NCBI GenBank assembly: GCA_964016885.1
Contig: OZ024742.1
Coordinates: 291,028,001 to 291,092,000, forward strand
Length of the DNA stretch: 64,000 nucleotides
Reading direction: 5' to 3'
From: Eledone cirrhosa
Taxonomy: Eukaryota
In this document: positions 48,650 through 63,199 of the stretch, in pieces
Position numbering within the stretch: the first letter of the stretch is position 1
Layout of the letters: every line of letters starts with the position of its first letter
Made by a program: the position numbers and the translations under genes
The notes under the pieces: model-generated
What the model was told of the DNA's origin: nothing
The model's database searches: none
Seen by the model: only the letters and a program-made list of their open reading frames with translations

Positions 48650-49694
48650 TGTGGGGGAGGGTGCTCTGAAAGTACAGTAGCTAGAGTCAGAACTGGATGG
48701 AAAAAGTTCAGAGAGCTTATACCACTATTAGCCGCTAGAGGGTTCTCCCTAAAAATGAAAGGCAGGTTATACAATGCCTGCATACGAACAGCAATGCTGC
48801 ATGGCAGTGAGACCTGGGCATTGTGTGCAGAGGATATACGCAGACTAGAGAGGAACGAAGCTTGCATGCTCCGCTGGATGTGCAATAGTAATATACGTGA
48901 ACGGCAAAGCATAAACGAACTAAGGAAAAAATTAGAAATAAGAGGGATCAGATGTTGTTTACTCGAGAGAAGGCTACGTTGGTATGGTCACGTGATGCGC
49001 ATGAAGGACGATAGCTGTATAACAAAGTGCAGGGCAATAAAGATAGACGGTAGCCACGGAGTAGGCAGACCCAGAAAAACATGGGACGAGCTGATAAATT
49101 CCGACCTCACACGCTTACACCTCTCCAAGACAATGTCACTGGACCGAGACCTTTGGCGGTACTCAGTAATAGAGATGACCCGCCTTACCTAAATACAAAG
49201 TAAAAACCTACTACAGTCAGTAGGCATCTCTATCAAAACACCACCCCGTCCCACCACCTCCACCCCATCCACACCGCCCCTTTCAATGTACAGTTATGTT
49301 GGTCCCACAACATCCAGGCCGAAACAAATGAGATCGTGTAGGTGTCATGACAAAAAACACACAGTCCACGCTGTAAATGTGGCCGTGTAGGCAACACGGT
49401 AAAAACCTCCCAGCCCCACACTGTAAATGTGGTTGGTGTTAGGAAGGGCATCCAGCTGTAGAAAACCCGCCAGACAGTCCACGCTGTAATGTGGCCGTGT
49501 AGGCAACACGGTAAAAACCTCCCAGCCCCACACTGTAAATGTGGTTGGTGTTAGGAAGGGCATCCAACTGTAGAAAACCCGCCAGACAGTCCTATGCGAG
49601 CAAGACAACCACTCTTGCCTCAAGTGGGAAAACCCCCGTCCAAACCCATGCAAGCGTGGAACCCGGACGCTAAACCTGATGATGATGATGATGA

Positions 49695-49696
<2 letters not shown>
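48650..49696 (+). mobile_element. 5'-truncated RTE LINE with the same 3'UTR duplication as 42487-43716
   Basis: ORF 48629..49192. Confidence 0.92.
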
Positions 49697-49735
<39 letters not shown>

Positions 49736-49737
<2 letters not shown>

Positions 49738-51500
49738 TAAAGGCGATGCACTAGATAGAGGAAACTATAGAGGTATAAAGTTGATGGACCAGGTCATGAA
49801 AGTAACAGAAAGAGTTATAGCACAGCTGATTAGGGACCGGGTGAATATAGACGAGATGCAATTTGGGTTTGTACCAGGGAAAGGCACCACTGATGCCCTC
49901 TTCCTTGTGAGGCAATTACAGGAAAAGTACCTAGCTAAAAGTAAGCCACTCTACTTGGCATTTGTCGACCTTGAGAAAGCCTTTGACAGAGTTCCACGTG
50001 CAGTAATCTGGTGGGCTCTTAGAAAACTAGGAGTAGATGAATGGCTTGTGAAAGCGGTACAAGCCATGTATAGGGGAGCAGTCAGCAAAGTTAGGATTGG
50101 CAATGAGTATAGCGAGGAATTTAGCGTACAGGTTGGGGTCCACCAGGGCTCTGTTCTTAGCCCTCTCCTGTTCATCATAGTCCTGCAGGCAATAACGGAG
50201 GAGTTTAAGACCGGATGCCCATGGGAACTCCTGTATGCTGATGACCTCGCACTCATAGCTGAATCTATGGTAGAACTAGAGAATAAATTCCAAACCTGGA
50301 AGCAGGGACTAGAGAGAAAGAGCCTCAAAGTCAACATGACAAAGACTAAGGTCCTTATAAGTAGACGAGAAAACAGAACCCAGATCCCCTCAGGGAAATG
50401 GCCTTGCTCAGTATGTAGGAAAGGTGTAGGTAGGAACTCCATTCTCTGCCCCAAATGCAAACAATGGGTACACAAGAGATGTAGCGGGATCTCAGGAAGC
50501 TTAATTAAGAATGTAGGATTCACATGCAGCAGCTGTGCTGAAACAGCAAGCAAACAGCCACAGGAAACAAGTACCACCAATCTCTGGGAGGGCCCTGTAG
50601 AAACAGTAGACAGCTTCTGCTACCTAGGTGACCGAATTAGCAACGGAGGTGGGTGCTCAGAAAGTACAATAACTAGGGTAAGAACGGGATGGAAGAAGTT
50701 TACGGAACTACTACCACTGCTAGCTGCAAAAGGCTTCTCCCTCAGAATGAAAGGCAGACTGTATGATGCGTGTATCCGAACAGCGATGTTGCATGGTAGT
50801 GAGACCTGGGCGCTGAAGGTGGAAGACTTACGTAGATTAGAGAGAAACGAAGCCTGCATGCTCCGATGGATGTGTAACAGTAATATACGTGAACGACAAA
50901 GCATAAAGGAATTGAGAGAGAGACTGAGCATAAGAGGAATCAAATGCTGCGTGCAGGAGAGGCGGTTACGCTGGTATGGACATGTGATGCGTATGAAGGA
51001 TGACAGCTGCATAAAAAGGTGCAGAGCACTAGAAGTTGATGGAAACCGCGGAGTGGGGAGACCCAAGATGACTTGGGATGAGGTGATAAAAGCCGACCTT
51101 ACCCAACTACACCTCTCAAAGTCAATGACACACGACCGTGACTTCTGGCGTCACGCAGTAATACAGGGTACCCGACCTCCCATGGGTACATGCTGAAGCA
51201 TATAAACAATATGCCCCCACACCCCCCACCGAAAGGTGGTCGTGGAGGTGCCACGGCAAAAAAGCACCCAGCCCACACTGTAAAGTGGCCGTGTAGGCGC
51301 CACGAAAAAGCACCCAGCACTCACTGTAAATGAGGTTGGTGTTAGGAAGGGCATCCAGCTGTAGAAATCAAGCCAGATCAGTTCCTGTATGAGCAAGGCA
51401 TGGTCAGCCGACCAGACACTGCCCACAACAGGACAACCCGTCTAACCCATGCTAGCGTGGAAGAACGGACGTAAAACGGTGATTATGATGATGATGATGA
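49736..51500 (+). mobile_element. 5'-truncated RTE LINE, second subfamily, uninterrupted ~486-aa RT+PHD frame
   Basis: ORF 49679..51196 (N-terminal M/IY residues are microsatellite); tail shared with the SINEs. Confidence 0.95.
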
Positions 51501-51522
51501 TATATATATATATATATAATAT

Positions 51523-51566
<44 letters not shown>

Positions 51567-51649
51567 AGTTATTCCGGGTTGAATTGGAGGTAACCACAGT
51601 AGGTAAGGTACTCAATACATAGCAGAGTATAAAAGTTTTAATATAGAAG

Positions 51650-51700
51650 AGCTTCTACAGGACTAGAACTGTTTCATTTGTGAGAAATCATCAGGAAGCT
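51650..51700 (-). ncRNA. Type I hammerhead ribozyme; inverted second copy at 51949-51997 (+)
   Basis: AGCUUC-CUGAUGA-UUUCUCACAAAU-GAAA-CAG-UUCUAGUC-CUG-UA-GAAGCU. Confidence 0.8.
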
Positions 51701-52383
51701 GGCTGTCCAAATAAGTGGTAGTATTTATATCTTTCCTTTTATGGTGGTAGGAGAGGGTGGGGACTGGGATGGATGGAGGTCATTGGTTGGAGGATTTAAA
51801 GAAAAGGGAGTTCATTAAAAGCTAATTCTTTGAAGCTATAGTATTAACAAAGGCAGAAAGAATACTGTAAACTAATTCAAAATTGGAATACCAATCCTTG
51901 TTTATCCCTTAGACTAACAATGCCTGTAAGACAGGTGTCTACAGGATGGGTTCCTGATGATTTCTCATGAATGAAACAGTTCTAGTCCTGTATAAACACT
52001 TTTATATATCATCATTCATCATTTCATTTTACGTCCGCTTTTTCCCTGCTTGCAAGGGTGGGACGGGAACTGATTCTGGCTTGATTTCTACAGCTGGATG
52101 CCCTTCCTAACACCAACCTCATTTACAGTGAGTGCTGGGTGCTTTTTTACCGTGGCACCTCCACAACCACTTTGCAGTGGAATGATATGGACCCCCAGTC
52201 CCTATCATCTCATTTCTACAGCTGAGTAAACTGGAGCAATGTGAAATAAAGTGTCTTGCTCAAGGAAACAACACATCACCCGGTCTGAGAATTGAACTCA
52301 CAACCTTTCGATTGCAAGGCCAATGCTCTAACCACTAAGCCATGTAATATATATGTATATATAAATGGAATAGCCATGTGCCT

Positions 52384-52633
<250 letters not shown>

Positions 52634-52979
52634 TCCACCTGGTCTCTTGGATACAGCAAACATCAACCTCCTTACGTTCAAGTACCTCCTATATATATAT
52701 TTTATATATATATATATATATATAATTAAGTTAAAGATGTACATCCATATATGTATACTGAAATACTAGTATGTATATGAATACACACACGTATACATAT
52801 GTAGATGTACCAAGTTTTTTTCACTGGTCACTTTACTGTGAGTGGCCAGATATATATATATACATACTAGTATTTCAGTATACATATATGGATGTACATC
52901 TTTAACTTAATTGTTTAAGCGTCAGTCATACAAAAGTGAGTTACAAACGAAACGAAATTTAATTTCGTTTCGTTATTTG

Positions 52980-53036
<57 letters not shown>

Positions 53037-53039
<3 letters not shown>

Positions 53040-56000
53040 AGGTACTTGAACGTAAGGAGGTTGATGTTTGCTGTATCCAAGAGACCAGGTGGAGTGGTGG
53101 CTCTGCTAGATTCATTGTGGATAAAAAAAACAATGCTATAAGCTTTTGTGGGTGGGAAATGACAATGGGCTGGGTGGGGTAGGAATCATGTTAGCAGAAA
53201 AATGGGTAGATAAGATAATAGACGTAAATAGAGTGAACGACAGAATAATTAAAATAAGACTTGTCCTCAATAGAACTACCGTGACAGTAATATCTGCATA
53301 TGCACCCCAATCCGGACTGCCTGGCGCTATAAAAGACAGATTCTATGAGACACTGATGCTCACTACCTCCCAAATAGCCGACAGTGACTACATAATTATT
53401 GCTGGTGACCTAAATGATCACGTTGGACAACATTGTGATGGCTATGACGGAATCCATGGAGGCTATGGGTTTGGTACTAGAAATGAGGAAGACTCCAGAA
53501 TCCTGTAATTCTGTGACACAAATAACCTAACTATCTGTAACACTAACTTCAAAAAACGAGACAATCACTTGATCACCTATAGATCAGGGGAACACACCAG
53601 TCAGATAGATTATATCCTTACCAGAAGACATGATAGAGTGTCTGTTGTAAACACTAAATCACTCCTCCATGAAGAATGCACCTCCCAACATAGACTCATA
53701 GTCAGGACAAGACGTACTCGACAACAGAGGAGGACTATCCTCAGGAGAAAAATATAGAAGCTAAAGGACCCCACAGCCAGTAATAAATTTAAAAGCATAT
53801 TACTTGATGCTTTCGACAGTAAGGAAGAGCAATTAGAGTCGTACAATATAGAGGAACAGTGGGAATTCCTGAAAGCAAACCTGCTAAAGGCGGCATGTGA
53901 AGTCTGTGGCTGGAGCAGGCCTATAGGCAGGAGGAGAGTAACGTGGTGGTGGAACAGTAAGGTGGAGGAGTCAATTAAGGCCAAAAAGCAGGCTTGGAAA
54001 GTATGGCGGGATGGGAGAAGTAGAGAAGACTATCAAGTGGCCAGGAGGGAAGCTAGGAGATAAGTGTACTTCGCAAGAAGGGAAGCAGAGGAAAGAAAGT
54101 TCAAGCATGTTCTACAACGCGAGGACCAAAAACGTGAGGTGTTCAGGATTGCTAGGCAATGTGTCAAGGAAAACCGTGATATTGTCAGGGAGAAGTGTGT
54201 CCTTAATGATGATGGTGTACTTGCCATCACTGACGCTGGTAAGCAGGTAGCTTGGAAGTTTCACTACGAAAGGCTTCTAAATGAGGAGAATAAATGGGAG
54301 AAAGACAGTCTCCCCCACGTTGATCCAATAGAGAGACCAGCAGTGCTAGTTGAAGGTAGTATAATAAGTAAGGCAATCAAAGATATGAAGATGGGCAAGG
54401 CGGCTGGGCCTTCGGAAATGGTTGGTGAAATGCTGAAAGCATCTAGAACGGTGGGACACACTATGGTCTCCTGGATAGTAAACCAAGTAATACAGAATGG
54501 GGCCGTTCCGAAGGACTGGTGTAGCAGCATCATCATTAACTGCTACAAGGGTAAAGGAGATGCTCTAGATAGGGGTAATTATAGAGGCATTAAATTAATC
54601 GACCAGGTCATGAAGGTAACAGAAAAAGTAATAGCGCAACTAATCAGAGAACGAATTGATCTTGATGAAATGCAGTTCGGGTTTGTGTTAGGTAAAAGTA
54701 CCACAGACGCTCTTTTCATTGTACGACAACTACAGGAGAAGTACCTAGCTAAAAGTAAACCCCTATACTTAGCTTTTGTTGACTTGGAGAAAGCTTTTGA
54801 CAGAGTCCCCCGTTCCATTATCTGGTTAGGCTCTTAGAAAACTAGGTGTTGATGAATGGCTTGTGAGAGCTATACAAGCCATGTATAAAGAAACAGTCAG
54901 CAAGGTTAGAATTAACAACGAATATAGCGTAAAAGTTGGTGTTCATCAGGGCTCCGTTCTTAGCCCCCTACTATTTATTATTGCTCTTCAGGGTATAACA
55001 GAGGAGTTCAAGACCGGCTGCCCATGGGAACTCCTATACGCAGATGATCTAACGCTCATAGCTGAATCAATGGCCGAACTAGATAAGAAATTCCAAACAT
55101 GGAAGCATGGCCTAGAATCAAAAGGCCTTAAATTTAACTTGTCTAAGACTAAGGTTCTAGCTTGTAGGAAGGAAAATAGGGCACCGGTCCCATCTGGGAA
55201 ATGGCCATGCTCAGTGTGTAGGAAAGGAGTAGGCAGAAACTCCATTTTATGTCCCAAATGCAAAATATGGGTACATAAAAGATGTAGTGGGATTACAGGT
55301 AAGCTAACTAAGAATATAGATTTTATATGTGGCTGGTGCTCTGGTGCAATAAGTAGCAGCAAGTGCCCACAGAATACTAGCTCATTCCATTGCACAGATG
55401 GTTCTATAGAAATAGTGGACACCTTCCGTTACCTGGGTGGCAAAATTAGCAGTGGGGAAGGGTGCTCTGAAAGTACAGTAGCTAGAGTCAGAACGGGATG
55501 GAAAAAGTTCAGAGAGCTTATACCACTATTGGCCGCTAAAGGGTTCTCTCTAAAAATGAAAGGCAGGCTGTATGATGCCTGCATACGAACAGCAATGTTA
55601 CATGGCTGTGAGACCTGGGCATTGTGTGCAGAGGATATACGCAGACTGGAGAGGAACGAAGCTTGCATGCTCCGCTGGATGTGTAAACGGCAAAGCATAA
55701 ACTAACTAAGGGAGAAATTAGGAATAAGAGGGATCAGATGTTGTTTACTCGAGAGAAGACTACGTTGGTACGGTCACGTGATGCGCATGAAAGATGACAG
55801 CTGTATAAAAAGTGCAGGGCGATAAAAATAGGCGGTAGCCAAGGAGTAGGCAGACACGGGAAAACCTGGGACGAATTGATAAATTCCGACCTCACACACT
55901 TACACCTCTCCAAGGCAATGTCACTGGACCGAGACCTTTGGCGCTACACAGTAATACAGAAGACCCGCCTTGTCTAACTACAAAGCGAAACCTAGAGTCA

Positions 56001-56372
56001 GAAGGCAACTCTAACAAAAATACACCCCTGTCCCACTACCCCCACCCCATCCACACCCCCCCCTCTTCAATGTGAAGTTATGTTGGTACCACAACATCCA
56101 GTCCGAAACAAATGATGTCGTGTAGGTGCCACGAAAAAAAAAACACACAGTCCACGCTGTAATGTGGCCTTGTAGGTAACACGGTAAAAACCTCCCAATC
56201 CACACTGTAAACGGGGTTGGTGTTAGGAAGGGCATCCAGCCGTAGAAAACACGCCAGACAGTCCTATACGAGCAGGACAACCAATCTTGCCTCAAGTGGG
56301 AAAACTCCCGTCCAAACCCATGAAAGCGTGGAAGATGAACGTTAAACGATGAAGATGATGATGATGATGATG
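53037..56372 (+). mobile_element. Near full-length-ORF RTE LINE (APE + RT + PHD), inactivated by stops and frameshifts
   Basis: [35 protein letters not shown] motifs, 3'UTR and tail. Confidence 0.95.
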
Positions 56373-56507
56373 ATATATATATATATATATACATATATAT
56401 GTGTTTATATATGTGTATATATATATGTATATATATATGCGTATATATATATGTGTATATATATGTATATATATATGTATATATACATATATGTATATAT
56501 ATATATG

Positions 56508-56602
<95 letters not shown>

Positions 56603-56646
56603 GGAAGAGAGTATTGAAGTTTGCTTGAAGCATTGTGGAATAATAA

Positions 56647-58268
56647 GGTAAATTTCTTTAAGTCGTTTGGAAGCCTCGACAATGCAGATGGGTAAATCTC
56701 CGGGTAACAAGATCCGGTGGTGGAGAGAAAGATGTAAGTGGGTGTACGTTGAGATGCGTGGCGTGTATAAGATTGTAACGTGTAGAGGAATAAAGCAAAG
56801 AGCGTAAAGGATAAAAATAAAAATAACAACACGAGAAAGAGTTACCTTGGGAGAGATTTAATTGTCCCTATATATTTCGGATTCACATCCATCAACTGGG
56901 GTTTTTTACCGAAAGGCAGCCTGCAGGGACCTGTTCGTCCACTACAAGTCCGCCCTCCTTAACAGTGCCAAAAGAGGATACATCACGAACGAGATCGCGC
57001 GAATCAAAAACAGATGCAGCGATCCCGCGAGTGGTGTCACTCATACTAGGCAATTCCTCGAGGTGCTGGAGACGAACGGGTACCCTACCTCGCTCACAGA
57101 CAGAGTACGAGACACCAGATACAAGAGACAGAGAGGCCCCCAAGGCAAGTGCTTCCTTAAAATGCCACACCTGGGCGAGAATACCACCAACGCTATCCGC
57201 AAAGCTATACGGAGGGAGGGCCTCGACATCCACCTGGCCCACTCGGGCCCCTCCCTGCGAAGATGCCTCTCCAGGAAACCCGGGAAATCAACTGACGCGT
57301 GCTCCCTCAGAGACTGCCTGATGCGCCATGCGAACTGTTGCCTACGCACATACGTTGTGTATAAGATAGAATGTAACGAGTGCAACCAATACTATATAGG
57401 TAGCACAATCCGGCCGTTGCACATCCAGATCAAGAAACACACTAAAACCAGGGCCTCGTCTTTCCGGAAACACAGCCAAATGCGGAAACAAAGACGGAAG
57501 GCCCATTGTCACAATTCTAGCGACAGAAAGAAACGTCAGCACGTTACGTATCAAGGAAGCACTTTGCATCAAACGCCTAGGGCCACAATTAAACAATCGA
57601 TCCGAGAGAAGCGAAATGAGATGGTTGGTTTAAGTTAACAAACGATGCAGCAACACACGCACACACACACACAAGCGAGACAGCAACACACGCGCACACA
57701 CACACACACACAGTAGCATTCCACCATACGAACATACTACACTGCCAATACAGAGGAACAAGGCAACAACACACGCACACACACGGTAACATTCACCAAA
57801 CAGGCAGAGAATGGACTGACAGCTAGCGCCACCCCACTCCCACAATTGAAAGAACTACTTCAGCCGCTAACCTCTGCCTGACCGACCCCATTTCACGCGC
57901 ACGCGCGCTCTGCTGAATACCTCAGATATTCAAAACAACGAACAGCGGAGGACACGTTTCGCACCTTTCCGACAGACAGCCTTTACCCCCTCCCCCCTTC
58001 CGGAAAAAAACCCAGTTGATGGATGTGAATCCGAAATATATAGGGACAATTAAATCTCTCCCAAGGTAACTCTTTCTCATGTTGTTATTTTTATTTATTT
58101 TTATCCTTTACGCTCTTTGCTTCATTCCTCTACACGTTATAGTCTTATACACGCCATGCATCTCAACGTACACCCACTTACATCTCTCTCTCCACCACCG
58201 GATCTTGTTACCCGGAGATTTACCCATCTGCATTGTCGAGGCTTCCAAACGACTTAAAGAAATTTACC
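56647..58268 (+). mobile_element. 5'-truncated Penelope-like element (RT thumb, Cys-rich linker, GIY-YIG) with inverted 5' pseudo-LTR
   Basis: ORF 56862..57638: FYRK...L..NGYP...CSLRDC...C.RTYVVYKIECNECNQYYIGSTIRPLHIQIKKH; 56647-56905 is the reverse complement of ~58004-58268. Confidence 0.92.
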
Positions 58269-58382
58269 ATATATATATGTATATATGTATGTAGGAGGTG
58301 AGTTTTATTGAGTGAGTTTTTTTAAGTGAGTTTTTTGATCTTATATATTATGTATATATGTATATATATATATATATATTTG

Positions 58383-60814
<2,432 letters not shown>

Positions 60815-61051
60815 TATATATGTATATATGTATGTATATATATATATGTATGTACACGTACATACATATATGTATACAGACGTACAGTAGTATGTATATA
60901 TATATACATACATGCACACATATATATATGTACGTATGGATTCACCGAACATTTATTATAATGCTCGGTGTGTTTGTAAACAAACATCCCGAATTAAGCC
61001 GTACAGTGTCTAGCAACCATCGTTGCTCATTTGTTCAACACTGACAAAGGA

Positions 61052-61094
61052 ACGCTGTACTAGTTTCAAGCTTATTAGCTATCGTCGGCAACGT
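61052..61094 (-). ncRNA. Minimal hammerhead ribozyme (core variant CCGACGA)
   Basis: ACGUUG-CCGACGA-UAGCUAAUAAGCUU-GAAA-CUAG-UA-CAGCGU. Confidence 0.75.
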
Positions 61095-61409
61095 ATACCT
61101 TCCTGCCAGATGGTTGAACGTCTGAAAGTATATACTTTCCTTATGCATATTAACGGCTGAGTAGCCTAATTTGCATATCGAGTGAGTTAATCGGCCGGGT
61201 TAACGAAAACGATAAATGGAAAAAATGAAACGAAATTTCATTTCTCACTCTTAGTACGGCTGTTCCTTAAATATAAGTATGTATATGTTTATCGTTTTCG
61301 GTACCCCGGCCGATTAACACACTCAATATGCAAATTAGACTGCTCAGCCGTTAATATGCATAAGGAAAGTATATACTTTCAGACGTTCAACCATCTGGCA
61401 GGAAGGTAT

Positions 61410-61452
61410 ACGTTGCTGACGATAGCTAATAAGCTTGAAACTAGTACAGCGT
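61410..61452 (+). ncRNA. Minimal type I hammerhead ribozyme
   Basis: ACGUUG-CUGACGA-UAGCUAAUAAGCUU-GAAA-CUAG-UA-CAGCGU. Confidence 0.88.
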
Positions 61453-62110
61453 TCCTTTGTCAGTGTTGAACAAATGAGCAACGATGGTTGCTAGACACTG
61501 TACGGCTTAATTCGGGATGTTTGTTTACAAACACATCGAGCATCATAATAAATGTTCGGTGAATCCATACGTACATATATATATGTGTGCATGTATGTAT
61601 ATATATATACATACTACTGTACGTCTGTATACATATATGTATGTACGTATACATACTTATATTTAAGTAACAGCCATACTAAGAGTGAGAAATGAAATTT
61701 CGCTTCATTTTTTCCGTTTATCGTTTTCGGTACCCTGGCCGATTAACTCACTCGATATGCAAATTAGGCTGCTCAGCCGTTAATATGCATAAGGAAAGTA
61801 TATACTTTCAGACGTTCAACCATCTGCATATGTATATATATATACATATGCAGAAAAAATGAAACAAAATTTCATTTCCCACTCTTAGTACGGCTGTTAC
61901 TTAAATATAAGTATGTAAACGTACATACATATATGTATACAGACGTACAGTAGTATGTATATATATACATACATGCACACATATATATATGTACGTATGG
62001 ATTCACCGAACATTTATTATAATGCTCGGTGTGTTTGTAAACAACCATCCCGTATTCAGCCGTAGTGTCTAGCAACCATCGTTGCTCGTTTGTTCAACAC
62101 TGACAAAGGA

Positions 62111-62153
62111 ACGCTGTACTAGTTTCAAGCTTATTAGCTATCGTCAGCAACGT
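62111..62153 (-). ncRNA. Minimal type I hammerhead ribozyme
   Basis: Same motif as 61410-61452 on the minus strand. Confidence 0.88.
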
Positions 62154-62645
62154 ATACCTTCCTGCCAGATTGTTGAACGTATATACTTACCTTATGCATA
62201 TTAACGGCTGAGTAGCCCAATTTGCATATCGAGTGGGTTAATCGGCTGGGTGCACCGAAAACGATAAACGGAAAAAATGAAACGAAATTTCATTTCCCAC
62301 TCTTAGTACGGCTGTTACTTAAATATAAGTATGTACACGTACATACATATATGTATACGTACAGTAGTATGTATATATATATACATACATGCACACATAT
62401 ATATATGTATGTATATATATATACATACTACTGTACGTCTGTATACATATATGTATGTACGTGTAGATACTTATATTTAAGTAACAGCCGTACTAAAAGT
62501 AGGAAATGAAATTTCGTTTCATTTTTTCCGTTTATCGTTTTCGGTGCACCCGGCCGATTAACCCACTCGATATGCAAATTGGGCTACTCAGCCGTTAATA
62601 TGCAAAAGGTAAGTATATACGTTCAACAATCTGGCAGGAAGGTAT

Positions 62646-62688
62646 ACGTTGCTGACGATAGCTAATAAGCTTGAAACTAGTACAGTGT
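62646..62688 (+). ncRNA. Minimal type I hammerhead ribozyme
   Basis: ACGUUG-CUGACGA-...-GAAA-CUAG-UA-CAGUGU (G.U wobbles retain stem I). Confidence 0.85.
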
Positions 62689-62938
62689 TCCTTTGTCAGT
62701 GTTGAACAAACGAGCAATGATGGTTGCTAGACACTACGGTTTAATACGGGATGTTTGTTTACAAACACATCGAGCATTATAATAAATGTTCGGTGAATCC
62801 ATACGTAGATATATATATGTGTGCATGTATGTATATATATATACATACTACTGTACGTCTGTATACATATATGTATATACGTGTACATACTTATATATAT
62901 ATATGTATATACATATATATATGCATATATATAAATAT

Positions 62939-63029
<91 letters not shown>

Positions 63030-63142
63030 TGTATATATACATATATACATGTATGTATATATACCTATATACATATACACATCTATATATATGTATATAT
63101 ATACATATGTATATACATATATATATGCATATATATATAAAT

Positions 63143-63199
<57 letters not shown>

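Larger units (their letters stand above)
60820..62900. repeat. Array of the hammerhead-containing ~430-bp repeat in alternating orientations
   Basis: Period 429 (61288 to 61717); inversions near 61288, 61840 and 62410. Confidence 0.9.

Noticed and set aside
57940-57985. Antisense GAAA-CGUG-UC hammerhead half in the Penelope pseudo-LTR (also ~44478-44497)
   Set aside because: No CUGANGA core or stem I partner found upstream on that strand.
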